Source: Candidatus Latescibacterota bacterium
GTDB lineage: Bacteria; Latescibacterota; UBA2968; UBA8231
Assembly: GCA_965206595.1 (NCBI GenBank)
Contig: OZ242214.1
Location: 5,920,001-5,984,000, forward strand
Direction: 5' to 3'
Length of the DNA stretch: 64,000 nt
The position numbers were made by a program, and so were the translations under genes. This document shows positions 19,380 to 30,371 of this stretch, piece by piece (positions within the stretch are counted from its first letter, which is position 1; each line of letters opens with the position of its first letter). Under the pieces are notes generated by a model. That model made no database searches and was not told where the DNA came from. It saw nothing but the letters and a program-made list of their open reading frames with translations.

Positions 19380-20606
19380 CTACCGTCGTTTTCCCCGGTG
19401 CTCGCGGTGAGGCGGCGGTCCGTGGTGTTCCACCCGCCCGGCGCCCCTCTCTTGCGGCCGGGGACGGCCGCGGCGACGGCCCCCGCCGGTTTGCGACAGG
19501 TCCGGCTCGTGCCCCCGCCAGGTCGGCTCGATGCTGTTGGCGTGGAGCAGGCTCTTCAGGTCTCTGAGATCGCGATCGGTCACCAGGGTCATGGCGATTC
19601 CGGTGCGGCCCATGCGGCCGGTGCGGCCGGTGCGGTGGGTGTAGGTCTCGGCGCTCCTGGGGAAATCGTAGTTGATCACGTGGCTCACGTGGGTGAAGTC
19701 GAGCCCGCGGCCGGCGACGTCGGTGGCGATCATGTACTTGATCTTGCGCTCGCGGAAGCGGGTGAAGAGAGAGGTGCGCCGGTCCTGGGTCAGGCCGCCG
19801 TGGATGATTTCCAGGGATTGCAGGCGCCGGCGAAGGTCGCGGTGCAGATCGCTTGCCTTGTCGCGGGAGTTGCAGAAGATCAGCGCCTGTCCGACTCCGT
19901 CCTCGGTGAGGAAGCTCTCGAGCGCCTTCGTGCGATCGCGGCCGGTGTGCAGGAAATGGTGTTGCAGCGATTGCGGCGCCTGCTGCTCGCGGTTGAGCTC
20001 GACGCGGACCGGATCGCGCTGAAAGCGCTTGGTCAGGGAGTCGATCTGAGGGGGCATGGTGGCCGAGAACAGCAGCGTCTGATGCTCCTGTAAAAGGCAG
20101 GAGAGGATGAAGTCGACGTCCTCGATGAACCCCATCTTCAACATTTCGTCCGCCTCGTCGAGAACGACGGTGCGGACCTGCGTCAGGTCGAGCCGGGTGT
20201 TCCAGATGAAGTCGATCAGGCGGCCGGGCGTCGCCACCAGGATGTGGACGCCGTGGTTCAACTTTGACTTCTGGATACTCATGTCGAAGCCGCCGAAGAC
20301 AGCGAAGCAGACGACGCCGGTGTGTCCGGCGAGGGAGTCGAGCTCCTGCACGTACTGGAGTGCGAGCTCCCGCGTCGGGACGAGTATGAGGTACTGTATC
20401 GCCCCGGTCTCGGGATCGGCGGCGTTGACCATCGGCACGCCGCAGGCCGCGGTCTTTCCCGAGCCGGTCTCGGCCAGTCCCAGGAGGTCACGGCCTTCGA
20501 GTATGTGGGGGATGGCTTCTTCCTGGATCGGGGTCATGTCGTCGTACCCCATTACGGCGAGGGCCTCGAGGACTTCCGGCTTTAGATCTATTTCGGTGAA
20601 TTTCAC
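19380..20606 (-). CDS. DEAD-box RNA helicase
   Basis: Q motif, AETGSGKT, PTRELA, DEAD, SAT, HRTGRTGR; GTG start after AAGGAG. Confidence 0.93.
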   Translation of the reverse strand: MKFTEIDLKPEVLEALAVMGYDDMTPIQEEAIPHILEGRDLLGLAETGSGKTAACGVPMVNAADPETGAIQYLILVPTRELALQYVQELDSLAGHTGVVCFAVFGGFDMSIQKSKLNHGVHILVATPGRLIDFIWNTRLDLTQVRTVVLDEADEMLKMGFIEDVDFILSCLLQEHQTLLFSATMPPQIDSLTKRFQRDPVRVELNREQQAPQSLQHHFLHTGRDRTKALESFLTEDGVGQALIFCNSRDKASDLHRDLRRRLQSLEIIHGGLTQDRRTSLFTRFRERKIKYMIATDVAGRGLDFTHVSHVINYDFPRSAETYTHRTGRTGRMGRTGIAMTLVTDRDLRDLKSLLHANSIEPTWRGHEPDLSQTGGGRRRGRPRPQERGAGRVEHHGPPPHREHRGKRR

Positions 20607-20937
20607 GTAGGGTTGATACTCCTTGCAGGGTGATATGCGCGTCCGCACTGTGGCGACGGACTGTTTGGTGCTTTGGGTTCGAGGAGATGGGAACTGCCGC
20701 CGGGGGCCGGCAATCAGCTGGCGTCTGCGGTGGGAGACTATAATTATAAAGGTAGGAACAGGGACCGAACCGGTAAAATCCGAGCGCGCGGATCACGCGA
20801 TCCGGCCCAGGTGAATCCGCTGCGGCTCGCCAGCGCCGCGGCCGTTTCGGCATCGGCTGCTATCCCGGAGAAGCGGTCCTCCGGCAGCCCACCATGGCCC
20901 GGATTCGGGAGTCAGTCAGGCTAACGGCGCGGGGGGA

Positions 20938-21978
20938 TCAGGTGCCTCCCAGCACCGACTGCGTCTGTTTTTCCACCTCGTCCCAGTCGAACTCGGCGCC
21001 CAGACCCGGTCCCTGCGGCACGGGGAGGTGGCCGTTCTCCACCGCGAGGGGATTGACGATCAGGGGCTCTCCCCCCTGTGACCCGGTCGCCGTGGTTTCG
21101 TAGAAGGTGCAGTTCCTGATGGCGCCGATGACGTGGGCGTGAACGAACCCGTGCATCACTCCGCGCGAGGTGATTTCGCAGCTCATGCCGAAGGCCTCGG
21201 CGAGGCGGGCGATCATGAGCATGTCGGTGATGCCGCCGCGCCAGGGGACGCTGGCGCGCACGATGTCCACCGCCTGTTGGGCTACCAGCTGCGAGGTGGA
21301 GTAGATGGTTCCAGGCAGGTACTCGGTGGCCGCGATCGGGATGTCGAGGGCCGCGGCGAGCTTCTTGAGCCCCATGAGGTCGAAGTCCCTCAGCGGCTCC
21401 TCGAACCAGAAGTACTCCTCTTCCTGCAGGACGCGGCCGACGCGCAGGGCGTCGCTGAACACGTACTGCTGCACGGCGTCGTGCATCAGGTGGAAATCAG
21501 GTCCGACGGCGCGCCGGGATTCCCGCGCCACTTCCATCATCATTTCCGGCGGATTGTCGCGGAAGTGGTCCTTGTAGCCGAAGAACCCCTCGTCCCGGGC
21601 TTGCACCGCCTCGGCGACGAAGCGCTCCACCGTGTCGAAGTTCGGGCCCATCTTGTAGGCGGGAATCGAGTCGCGGAATCCGCCGATGAGCCGGTACACC
21701 GGCAGGCCGGTCGCCTTTCCGAGCAGGTCCCAGATGGCGACGTCGACGTGCCCCCGCACCGGTTGCGGCAGGTACTGGAAGCGGTCGCGGCGGCTCAGCT
21801 CCTCCCAGATGCGCTGGCGGTCGAACGGGTCCTGGCCGATCAGGTAGTCGCGGTACGCCGACTGGATGTGCCGTGCGGTGTTCTCGTCCAGTCCCAGGCA
21901 GCAGCCCTCGATGCCCTCGTCAGTGCCGATGCGCAGGAGTCCGATCGGCAGGTGGATGCGGATGTCGGTGATTTTCAT
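20938..21978 (-). CDS. Mandelate racemase/muconate lactonizing enzyme (enolase superfamily)
   Basis: DVAIWDLLGKATGLPVYRLIGG, WFEEP, PIAATE, VPQGPGLG. Confidence 0.88.
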   Translation of the reverse strand: MKITDIRIHLPIGLLRIGTDEGIEGCCLGLDENTARHIQSAYRDYLIGQDPFDRQRIWEELSRRDRFQYLPQPVRGHVDVAIWDLLGKATGLPVYRLIGGFRDSIPAYKMGPNFDTVERFVAEAVQARDEGFFGYKDHFRDNPPEMMMEVARESRRAVGPDFHLMHDAVQQYVFSDALRVGRVLQEEEYFWFEEPLRDFDLMGLKKLAAALDIPIAATEYLPGTIYSTSQLVAQQAVDIVRASVPWRGGITDMLMIARLAEAFGMSCEITSRGVMHGFVHAHVIGAIRNCTFYETTATGSQGGEPLIVNPLAVENGHLPVPQGPGLGAEFDWDEVEKQTQSVLGGT

Positions 21979-22278
21979 GGCCTGCCTCGTCTGGTTCGTC
22001 GGAGCGGTATCCGGAAACGGGAAATACCGGCTGCTGCAGGAGCCGAGTCAACATTTGCCCGCGTGGATGCACATCCCCGACCTGATCGCACCAGGCACCC
22101 GGGCCGTTCGCCAATCTCCATCGGGGGCGCTGCGCCGCTGAGGGGACACGCAGAATCGCCCAGAATTCAGCAGGCCGCTGCGTGACAGATCATCCCGGCT
22201 GCCTTCAACCGGACAAATCGCGGTGGAGAGCATGGCTGCAGCACCTTTTATTGAGCTGTTCCAAATGAAAGGATGGAT

Positions 22279-23550
22279 ATGTCCGAAAAACTTCCCCTCG
22301 CCATCGTCGGTTGCGGCGGCATGGGTCACCGCCATCTCTACGGCCTCGCCGAGCTGCAAAGCGCCGGCCTGTCCCCCTTTGAGCTGGTGGGTGCCTGCGA
22401 CCCCAACCTCGACAACGCCCACTCGCTCGCCGACCAGGCAGAAGAGCGGCTGGGCACGCGACCCCACCCCGTCAAAGACCTCGCCCAACTGGCTTCCGTC
22501 GGCCCGGTCCAGGCCGTCGATATCACCACCCTGCCGGCCCATCATCACACCGTGGCCGTCGCGGCCATGGAGCGAGGCTGGCACGCGATGTGCGAAAAAC
22601 CGATGGGGCTTACGGTCCGCGCCTGCAAGCAGATGATCGCCAAAGCCCAGGAGACCGGGTGCCTCCTCTCAGTGGCGGAAAATTACCGGCGCGACCCGGT
22701 GAACCGCCTCGCCAAGGCCCTGCTCGATGCCGGCGTCATCGGGCCTCCTCGCCTGATGCAGCAAATGACCATGGGCAGCGGCGACCGCATGGTCATTTCG
22801 GTGTGGCGGCACCAGAAGAACTCGAGCGGCATCCTCCTCGACGCGGGGGTTCACTATGCCGACATCATGGAGTACTTCCTCGGGGAGGCCGACACGGCCT
22901 ACGCGCAAACCCGCCTGCACGAGCCGACCCGCAAGAACCCGGTAGCCGGACGCACCGACGTAAGCAGCGGCTCGCCGGGGGGCGTCTACGAGCGCTGGCA
23001 GAAAGACATGCCCGCCGAGTTTACGGCCACCGCGGACGATGCGGCCTACGCCACCATCCTCTTCAAAAGCGGCGCGGTCGCCCAGTACATCGAAGACCAC
23101 GCGGCCCACGGCCAGAACCTGCGGCGGCGATCCATCCACGGCAGCCGCGGCTCGCTGGAGCTGCCCGGCGATCGCTCGGGCAACCGCCTCACGCTCCACC
23201 TCGACGGCGCGGACCCCATGGACGGCGAGGACCTGCTCGACCTCGTGCCCGACCACCGCCTCGACGAGGCCACGTCCGCGCTCTTCGGCGGCGACCGGTT
23301 GTTCGAGTACCCCTTCCCCTTTCCCGAGACCGACCGCAAGCTGATCGCCGTCGAATACCACGAGCTCGGCATCTGCATTCAACAGGGGCGACAGCCCGAA
23401 GTCGATGCCCGGCAGGGCGCCCGTTCCGTGGGCCTGTCCTACAGCCTGATGGAGTCGCAGGTCGCCGCCGGCGCGCTCTCCGTCGATGCCGTCTGCGACG
23501 ACCGGATCAACGCCTACCAGGCCGAGATCAACGAGCACCTGGGGCTTTGA
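22279..23550 (+). CDS. Gfo/Idh/MocA family oxidoreductase
   Basis: IVGCGGMG, CEKPMG, AENYR, GILLDAGVHYAD. Confidence 0.9.
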   Translation: MSEKLPLAIVGCGGMGHRHLYGLAELQSAGLSPFELVGACDPNLDNAHSLADQAEERLGTRPHPVKDLAQLASVGPVQAVDITTLPAHHHTVAVAAMERGWHAMCEKPMGLTVRACKQMIAKAQETGCLLSVAENYRRDPVNRLAKALLDAGVIGPPRLMQQMTMGSGDRMVISVWRHQKNSSGILLDAGVHYADIMEYFLGEADTAYAQTRLHEPTRKNPVAGRTDVSSGSPGGVYERWQKDMPAEFTATADDAAYATILFKSGAVAQYIEDHAAHGQNLRRRSIHGSRGSLELPGDRSGNRLTLHLDGADPMDGEDLLDLVPDHRLDEATSALFGGDRLFEYPFPFPETDRKLIAVEYHELGICIQQGRQPEVDARQGARSVGLSYSLMESQVAAGALSVDAVCDDRINAYQAEINEHLGL

Positions 23551-23750
23551 ACGATGGTCCAAAGCGAACCTGGCTTCCCGTGGCCCGGGTTGGCCGATGC
23601 CGGAGAAAGGGTCCTGCGAGGCGATAGGGCTCGGTCCCTTGACCATCAAAGGCCGGTGATCAAAGTCCCGCCTCCGCTTGTTGACCCCGCTGCAGGAGGC
23701 CGATTCCTTTTGTCTCCGATCCCGATCCCGATCCCGATCTGGAGCCCGAC

Positions 23751-24110
23751 ATGCACGAAGCTGCAAGAGACTGGCTGGCACAGTGCCGGAACAAGCTCGG
23801 CGCCGAGGCGATAACCGCCGCGGATCTCGACCGTCTCGGCGACCTGCTCGCCGAACCCCGCCAGCAGGTCCTCTACCTCTACGGCAAATCGACCAACATG
23901 CGCTCGCCGCTGGCCAGCTGGGCCCTGTACGACCCTACCCAGCCGCAAACGCCGACTCTGCCCAGCGACGAACCACCCTACGAATCGGTGCTCGCGGCCG
24001 TGGCCGATGGCTGGCGCGTGGTGCAGTTTCCCATCGCCAAGCTCTACGCGTACGAGGGCCAGGACAACGACTACCTCGGTTACGAGTTCGTGCTCGAGAA
24101 ATTCGTTTAG
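23751..24110 (+). CDS. Hypothetical protein
   Basis: 119-aa ORF with genomic codon usage, 9 nt upstream of next gene. Confidence 0.7.
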   Translation: MHEAARDWLAQCRNKLGAEAITAADLDRLGDLLAEPRQQVLYLYGKSTNMRSPLASWALYDPTQPQTPTLPSDEPPYESVLAAVADGWRVVQFPIAKLYAYEGQDNDYLGYEFVLEKFV

Positions 24111-24119
24111 GAGGAGCGG

Positions 24120-24914
24120 ATGTTTTCAGTTGAACCGACGCTGAACGACGACGGCGTCATGGACTTCGTCGCCTCCGGTCTGGTCGTCCTCGAAGGGGTC
24201 ATCGAAGAGAGCTTCAATCGCCGCTGCGACGACCTCGCCGCGGGCAACTGCGACGCCTTGATCGCTTCGGACGACTTCACTCACCAGGTGCTCCTGCATC
24301 CCCGGGTCGCCGGGGTCGCGCGCTCGCTCCTGGGCGAGGAATTCCTGGTTCCCCGGGGCGGGCACCACCACTATTTCAAGGAGCCGCACCTCGGCCAAAC
24401 CTGGCATTCGGACGGGCTTTCGGGCAGCGGCTACGATGTCGTCGAGCTCCAGTGCTACTACTACCCTCACAGCGTCGGGCTGGCCGACGGGCCGACCATG
24501 GTTCTGCCCGGCTCGCATTGCCGCGCCGTCGACCGCGAGGCCATCGCCCACTACGGCGATATCCGCGGCCAGGTTTCGCTGACGGTGCAGGCCGGCACCG
24601 TGGCGATGACCCGCTATGGCATCTGGCACAAGGCCGGCCCCAAGACCAACGACCGCGCCCGCAGCATGATTAAGTTTTCCTACCACCGGACGGCGGAACC
24701 CCGGAGGGACTGGCTCTGCGATACGCCGGATATTCCCGCCTACCGCGACCGCCCGCGCCTGCCGTATGTCACCGAAGTCGAATCCTACCGCGACCGGGTG
24801 CGGCGCATCCGCACCTGGAACTGGCTTTGCGGCATTGACCAGGAGGTCGAGCTGCGCTGGGAACCCTCGAGGCGTGTCTCGGAACTGACAGGCGAAGGCG
24901 CTCCAGCGTCATAG
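24120..24914 (+). CDS. PhyH-family Fe(II)/2OG dioxygenase
   Basis: QTWHSD, GPTMVLPGSH, AGTVAMTRYGIWH; AGGAG RBS. Confidence 0.8.
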   Translation: MFSVEPTLNDDGVMDFVASGLVVLEGVIEESFNRRCDDLAAGNCDALIASDDFTHQVLLHPRVAGVARSLLGEEFLVPRGGHHHYFKEPHLGQTWHSDGLSGSGYDVVELQCYYYPHSVGLADGPTMVLPGSHCRAVDREAIAHYGDIRGQVSLTVQAGTVAMTRYGIWHKAGPKTNDRARSMIKFSYHRTAEPRRDWLCDTPDIPAYRDRPRLPYVTEVESYRDRVRRIRTWNWLCGIDQEVELRWEPSRRVSELTGEGAPAS

Positions 24915-25145
24915 GATCCTGGGCGCTGTTCCGGCCTGGAGCTCAGGGCTGACATAGCCATCTTCATCACCCCGGTGCCGCGTCTCCCTCCGCGGCCTCG
25001 CCATCGAGGCCATCGGCTGCCTCGCCACCGCCGCGAGCCATTTTGCCGTCCAGCCGTCCGGGGCGGTGCGAAAGTCCAGCAGCGGACCCCGGCGAGCCGT
25101 CGATGGATGAACATCTCGATGGCCATATCGATGCTCCTTTTTCTT

Positions 25146-25922
25146 TCAGGGATGTTCGAAAACGGTCTGGCGCATGCTCCAAACAACCGGTTGCTGTCCG
25201 TCAAGTTGAGATCTGTAATGGAGCGCGTCGGCCAATGCGGCAAGTTCCGGGGGGCTGGCGGAAGCCTGCACTGCGGGGTTCTCACGGAGGGTTACGAAGG
25301 TCATCCCGAACATGGCGGCGGCGTCCTTCGCGGCAACGGTGTGCGGCGCGACGCGGTTTGAGCGGACTCGCAGGCCGTTCAGTTCCCTGATCGCGCCCAG
25401 CCTCCGCCCGACGTAGAGCTCGCCACCCCTGCCGCGGATGGCTGCTTCCACCAGGGCCAGATACTTCACGAACACCGGGTCACTTGTGTGAATGGATTCC
25501 ACCTCGTCCACCAGAATTGTCCCCGCGGGCGCCAAGCATCCCTTCCATGCCTCGATGGCGATGGCCGGATCCGGGAGGTGGGAGAGCAGCAGATGGCAGA
25601 AGACAACGTCCGCGGGCTCGATTGACGGAGGGCCTTCAGTCAGATCGTGGCGGACGAACCGCAGCGTTGGCGCAGACTCGGCGGCGAGACGCAGGAAGTG
25701 TTCCGACCGGTCGACGCCCATAGTCAGGGCAGCGCCCGACGTCTGCTGCAAGAGCCGGGTGGTGTAACCGGGGCCGCAGCCCAGGTCTGCCGCAACCTCG
25801 GGATGAGGGGGCGCGTCATCCCGGATGAACCTCTTCATCTCGGGCTCGAAGAGCCGCGCGGCGACCTTCAGCCGTTCGGCGGCCTGCTCGGAGTCCCCTA
25901 ATGCGTACGCCTCGTCGCTCAT
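25146..25922 (-). CDS. Class I SAM-dependent methyltransferase
   Basis: YALGDS...ERL, DLGCGPG motif I. Confidence 0.85.
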   Translation of the reverse strand: MSDEAYALGDSEQAAERLKVAARLFEPEMKRFIRDDAPPHPEVAADLGCGPGYTTRLLQQTSGAALTMGVDRSEHFLRLAAESAPTLRFVRHDLTEGPPSIEPADVVFCHLLLSHLPDPAIAIEAWKGCLAPAGTILVDEVESIHTSDPVFVKYLALVEAAIRGRGGELYVGRRLGAIRELNGLRVRSNRVAPHTVAAKDAAAMFGMTFVTLRENPAVQASASPPELAALADALHYRSQLDGQQPVVWSMRQTVFEHP

Positions 25923-26971
25923 CGACCATCCAAAGTCTTGCCGGTGTATCGCAAAATGTGGTGCCGGGGAGGATGGTAGAAGCGGCCCACCTCCTCCAGG
26001 ATTTCGCGTTTGCGCCGCATACGTTCCCTTGCCGGGAGAGTCAGCGCGATATCCTCGACATCGTGCGGCCCTATGCGCCAGTGGCCACACACAGCTCCGG
26101 TCAACTCTCCGTCAATGAGCAGGTAAGCAAGCACCTCCAGCCCTTCGAAGCGCTCCCTGAGCTCGACCGCATGGGGGATGACCAGAGGATCTCCCGGGTG
26201 AAGCATGAATACGTCTGCGACTGTTCGAGCCGGATCCAGGTTGCGGTCTTCAACGCAGGTCCATCCTGCTCCCAGGCCTGCCACCTTAACGGTCGCGATC
26301 CCTGCGTTTTCCAACTGGGTCAGAACGCCCGTCAGCCCTCGTTCAGTGAATCCCGACCAGCTTTTGAGCTCCTGGAAGGTTGCAAACACGTGGCTTTGTA
26401 GGAAGCGTTTGATAACGGCCATGGTCGCTTCCTCCCACGACAGGCGACCCGGGTCAACCTCCGGAAGGGCCGAACTCAGCAGGGACCAGGGCCGGTCCCA
26501 ACTGGCATCGCTTTGATCTTCGAACACCAGAAACGCCTCCTGCAGACGATGCAGCACGGGCATCAGCTTCTTGTGTTGAATGTCCATCTCCAGCCGCAGC
26601 TGGCGCGGGGACAATCCGTCGTGGTAGCCCAAAACCTGAAGGACTCGGTCCTGTACGCTGTTGAGGGACTTCAGCGGCCGGCGAAACGCGGTGGCATAGA
26701 GTTCGAAATCCGCGGCCAGCACATAGCCGATTCTGCCGCCGGAGAACCGGCCTTTCAGCAGGTCGTGACGGGCGCGCAACGCGTCGGCCAGGGCCCGATC
26801 GTCCCCGTGACAGCGGTGCATGAGGCGGGGAGGCGAGCCGGGCATGTCGCGAGCTACGGGAGTCACGGGCTGCAGTCTCCTCACGAGCTCGAGGTGTTCC
26901 CCCTCGTCGCGGGCAGGCGATACCAGTCGGTGGCGCCCGAGGCGGTGGGCGAGGATGGATTCCTTTCTCAT
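25919..26971 (-). CDS. Winged-helix DNA-binding protein, AlkZ/YcaQ (HTH_42)-like
   Basis: RFSGGRIGYV, ATFQELKSWSG, LLIDGELTG resemble HTH_42 family; no clear catalytic QxQ/QxD. Confidence 0.55.
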   Translation of the reverse strand: MRKESILAHRLGRHRLVSPARDEGEHLELVRRLQPVTPVARDMPGSPPRLMHRCHGDDRALADALRARHDLLKGRFSGGRIGYVLAADFELYATAFRRPLKSLNSVQDRVLQVLGYHDGLSPRQLRLEMDIQHKKLMPVLHRLQEAFLVFEDQSDASWDRPWSLLSSALPEVDPGRLSWEEATMAVIKRFLQSHVFATFQELKSWSGFTERGLTGVLTQLENAGIATVKVAGLGAGWTCVEDRNLDPARTVADVFMLHPGDPLVIPHAVELRERFEGLEVLAYLLIDGELTGAVCGHWRIGPHDVEDIALTLPARERMRRKREILEEVGRFYHPPRHHILRYTGKTLDGR

Positions 26972-26979
26972 TGCCGGGG

Positions 26980-27615
26980 CTATTTGTCGGGGCGGGCTTC
27001 CGTACTCGGCCCTGGCGCCAACATACCGCGCGCTTCGGGATGTGCGGCTTTGAGGTTTTTTTCGGCCAGCCGTACGGTTTCGCTGACGCGTCTGGCGCGA
27101 GTTTCTTCGCGCTTCGCCGTCTTGATCCAGAGCAGGATGACTTTCTTTGCCGCCTTGTTGAACGCTTCGAAGTTGCTTTTCGCTGGTTTGTTCCGGGCGA
27201 GCGCCTGTGCAAGATCTTTCGGGATAAAGAGCTTCTCGACGTCGTCGAGAAACGCCCATGAGCCCTCTTTCTTTGCCGCGTCGATTTTCGCCTGCCCGGC
27301 GGGCTGCATGAGGCCGGCTCTGGCAAGCCGCCTGACGCGTTTCTTGTTCGATTCCGACCATGTACTTCCGGGTTTCCTCGGTGCAACGAGCAGCATCGTG
27401 CGATCGTCGTCGAGGCGGTTGGTACGGGCATCCACCCAGCCGAAACAAAGCAACTCCTCGACCACGTGGTCGTACGGCAGGTATTCCCCGATCACATGTT
27501 TTTTGTAAGTAACCAGCCAGAACGTGTCTGCGGTTTCATGATGGGTCCGCAGCCATTTGCGCAGGGCAGCCCGCGATGCGAATTCAATCCTTGGGAAGTC
27601 TCGTAACTTGCTCAT
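26980..27615 (-). CDS. YdeI/OmpD-associated family protein
   Basis: LCFGWVD, PRKPGSTWSESNK, WIKTAKREETRARR. Confidence 0.88.
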   Translation of the reverse strand: MSKLRDFPRIEFASRAALRKWLRTHHETADTFWLVTYKKHVIGEYLPYDHVVEELLCFGWVDARTNRLDDDRTMLLVAPRKPGSTWSESNKKRVRRLARAGLMQPAGQAKIDAAKKEGSWAFLDDVEKLFIPKDLAQALARNKPAKSNFEAFNKAAKKVILLWIKTAKREETRARRVSETVRLAEKNLKAAHPEARGMLAPGPSTEARPDK

Positions 27616-27684
27616 GCGCAATCTGGCTTGCCGCGTAGCCGTCGCATCGCCGGTCGCATCTCGCGAATACAGTCCGACTGCGGG

Positions 27685-28515
27685 CTACCGCTTCTCCGCG
27701 ATGATCCCGAGCATCGGCGGCGCCGACAGGAACGCGCCGGGATCCTGCTCGCGCTCACGCCACTCGGCCTCGAACGCACGGCGTTCCGCTCCCGTCAGCA
27801 GCCCGGCTTCCACCAGCCTCGGCACGTAACCGAAGAAGAACCCCGCCGGCCACTGCCAAAACTCCGTCCCGGGTCGGGCGAAACGCAATATCGGGACGAG
27901 GTCAAGCACACGGCATCCGGCTCTTGCTAACAATCCCGGAAGCCGCTCGCCGACGTTGAGATCTCCTCCGGTGCGCCGCCAGCTCTCGTACACCGCCGCG
28001 AGCACGCGATCGAACGCAGGGGTTGGCGGATACAGCTTCGTCGCGTGGTAGTTCAGGTAATCCCAAACCACGAACCGGCCTCCCGGCCGCAGCCCCGACA
28101 CCACCCTTTCGATGACCGGCGCCGGGTCGGGGAGAAAACAGAAAAGCCAGCGCGCGAAGGCGCCGTCGAGGGAGCCGGGTTCGAACTGCAGGGCCTCAAC
28201 CCGCTCCACGCGCGCCGCGAGCTGCGTGAGTCCGCGCCGCTTCGATTCCTGGACCAGCTTTTCGATGAAGCGTGGCGACTCGTCTACCGCGAGCACGTGT
28301 CCGCTGGCGCCGACCCGGTGCGCCAGCTCGAGAGCGGCGAACCCCGGACCGCAGCCGAGATCGAGCAAACGGTCGCCCGGGCCGAAACCGGCGCGGTCCC
28401 AGAGGTCGTGCGCTTCCTGCGACCACAGGCGATGCTGCGTCTCAAGCCGCCGCCCTTCCTCGGGATCTGTGCCGAGGAGATACGGTTTCTCCGGGGAGGG
28501 TTCGGCGTCTGTCAC
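27685..28515 (-). CDS. Class I SAM-dependent methyltransferase
   Basis: YLLG...RLETQH, LDLGCGPG, DGAFARW, LRPGG. Confidence 0.88.
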   Translation of the reverse strand: MTDAEPSPEKPYLLGTDPEEGRRLETQHRLWSQEAHDLWDRAGFGPGDRLLDLGCGPGFAALELAHRVGASGHVLAVDESPRFIEKLVQESKRRGLTQLAARVERVEALQFEPGSLDGAFARWLFCFLPDPAPVIERVVSGLRPGGRFVVWDYLNYHATKLYPPTPAFDRVLAAVYESWRRTGGDLNVGERLPGLLARAGCRVLDLVPILRFARPGTEFWQWPAGFFFGYVPRLVEAGLLTGAERRAFEAEWREREQDPGAFLSAPPMLGIIAEKR

Positions 28516-28609
28516 TGACTGCGGTCGGGGTGGTGGAACGGCGCGTCTCGCGACACCTCACTCCTTCGTCCCGCGGTTCCCGCCCAGCCAACATTGGGCG
28601 GGCGGAGGA

Positions 28610-28995
28610 TCATCTGTCGCGGAAGCCTTTGCCGTCCAGGATCTTCCGGGTGTACTTCCCGACTCGTGCGGCGCGGGTCTTGGCTTGCCTGGCACCTGAG
28701 AAGTACAGGTTGTACTCCCGCTGGCGACCAGGGGTCAGCGACTCGAACGCAGCCTTCAACGCCGGGTCCTGGTCCAGGCGACTCTGGAGCTCCTCGACCA
28801 GGAGGAGCTCGGGTGGCGAGCCCACCTTTTTGCCCGCCTCCTCGACATCGATGGCCTCGTCGATGTATGCCTTGACCGTGTCGGCCAGCCGGGCAACGTC
28901 CTCAACCGAGGTGAACCGGATACGGCGAGCCGACCGTGAGTTCGGCCCTTGCTCCTCGAGGACGCCTTCAGAATCATTCAACAGGGCACCTTCCG
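28610..28995 (-). pseudogene. 5'-truncated YdeI/OmpD-associated (DUF1801-type) gene
   Basis: GALLNDSEGVL...FESLTPGRQREY...AKTRAAR is the C-terminal half of the family; similarity stops near 28995. Confidence 0.65.
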
Positions 28996-29401
28996 ATTTT
29001 CCGTCGACATCAGCAATGCGCGGCCTGTGGTGGTCGTCGGAGAATCACCGTCCATCTGGCAATCGGCGATGCTTCTGTCCCTGTGCGTCAAAGATGAAGG
29101 TCTGGTGCTCGTTATAGCGGTTCCGACACCTTTCCTTTCATCCCGTCTAACGGGATTGCGAATTCGGCATTCTTGAATGTACCCGCGCCGTCCTCTAGAG
29201 TTCAACCATCCGCATCAGTACCAAGCCGTTCGCTGAAACCGTACGCAAGGGTCCAGCAGGGGCCCTGATGAATCGATGGTCGTGGCACCGAATCGTTCGC
29301 GACTGCACTCAGTACCGTTGTAAAGGATTTCGGCAGGGCGCTCCTGCCCGCCGCGTCCAGGCAGGGTGAGCGGAGGGCTCGAGCCAGCGGGACTGCGGAA
29401 T

Positions 29402-30344
29402 ATGTCCATTCGCCTCAGGAAGCTGCATCCATTAATCGGGGCTGAAGTCACCGGGGTCGATCTGGCCGGCCCCCTCGACCGGGCCACCGTGGAAGCCATC
29501 AAGAGCGCCTGGAGCCGGTACGGCGTGCTCCTCTTCCCGCAACAACCGATTACCGATGAGCAGCAGGTGGCCTTCAGCCGCCATTTCGGGTCGCTGGAGA
29601 TCTTCCCCCAGGCGGCAAACCGTTCCCGGACAGTACCGGAGATCTTTCGCGTCGCCAATGTGGGCGATGACGACCGCATCCGGCCGGTCGACTCACCCGG
29701 CGCCCGTTACAGCACGCTGATTTGTGTCTGGCACACCGACAGCAGTTACCGTCGAGTGCCCAGCAAGGGGGCGGTGCTGCATGCCATCGAGGTGGTCGGC
29801 AAAGGCGGCGACACCCTGTTTGCCAACATGTGCCACGCCTACCAGCAGATGCCGGGGGAGCTGAAAGAGAGGATCGCGGGGCTGAAGGCGCGCCACAGTT
29901 TTGAATACTCCCGCCAGCTGCGCCAGCTCCCTCCCATGGATCCGGCCGAAGCCGCCCAGGTGCCGGCGGTGGACCATCCCCTGGTCCGCCGGCACCGGGA
30001 CGGGCGCCTCTCGCTCTACGTCAGCGCCACCTACATGGAAGCGCATCCCGGGGCTGAGCGAAGCCGACAGCAGGGGGCTCATCGACGAGTTGATGACCTG
30101 GGCCACACAGGACCGGTTCGTCTACCGGCATCGCTGGCGTCGCCACGACGTCCTGATGTGGGACAACCGCTGGTGCCTCCACGTGGTGACCCCCTTCGAC
30201 CACGGCGCCGAACGCCGGGTGATGCATCGCACCACCATCGCCGGCACCGAACCGGTGGAAGGGGAGCGGCATACAGCCGCTCGCCAGTGCAGTTCTCCAA
30301 AGCTGGTCGAGGGTTACGAGCGCGACGGTTTTGAGCTTGACTGA
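29402..30344 (+). pseudogene. TauD/TfdA dioxygenase with a frameshift near 30040 (real or sequencing error)
   Basis: IGAEVTGVDL, WHTDSS, GGDTLFAN in one frame; YRHRW...MWDNR...H, MHRTT in the next. Confidence 0.8.
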
Positions 30345-30371
30345 GGGGGTTGAGATCCGTACGGTCTGAGC

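Noticed and set aside
23716-23740. CCGATC x4 microsatellite
   Set aside because: Short intergenic repeat without spacers; not CRISPR and no evident function.
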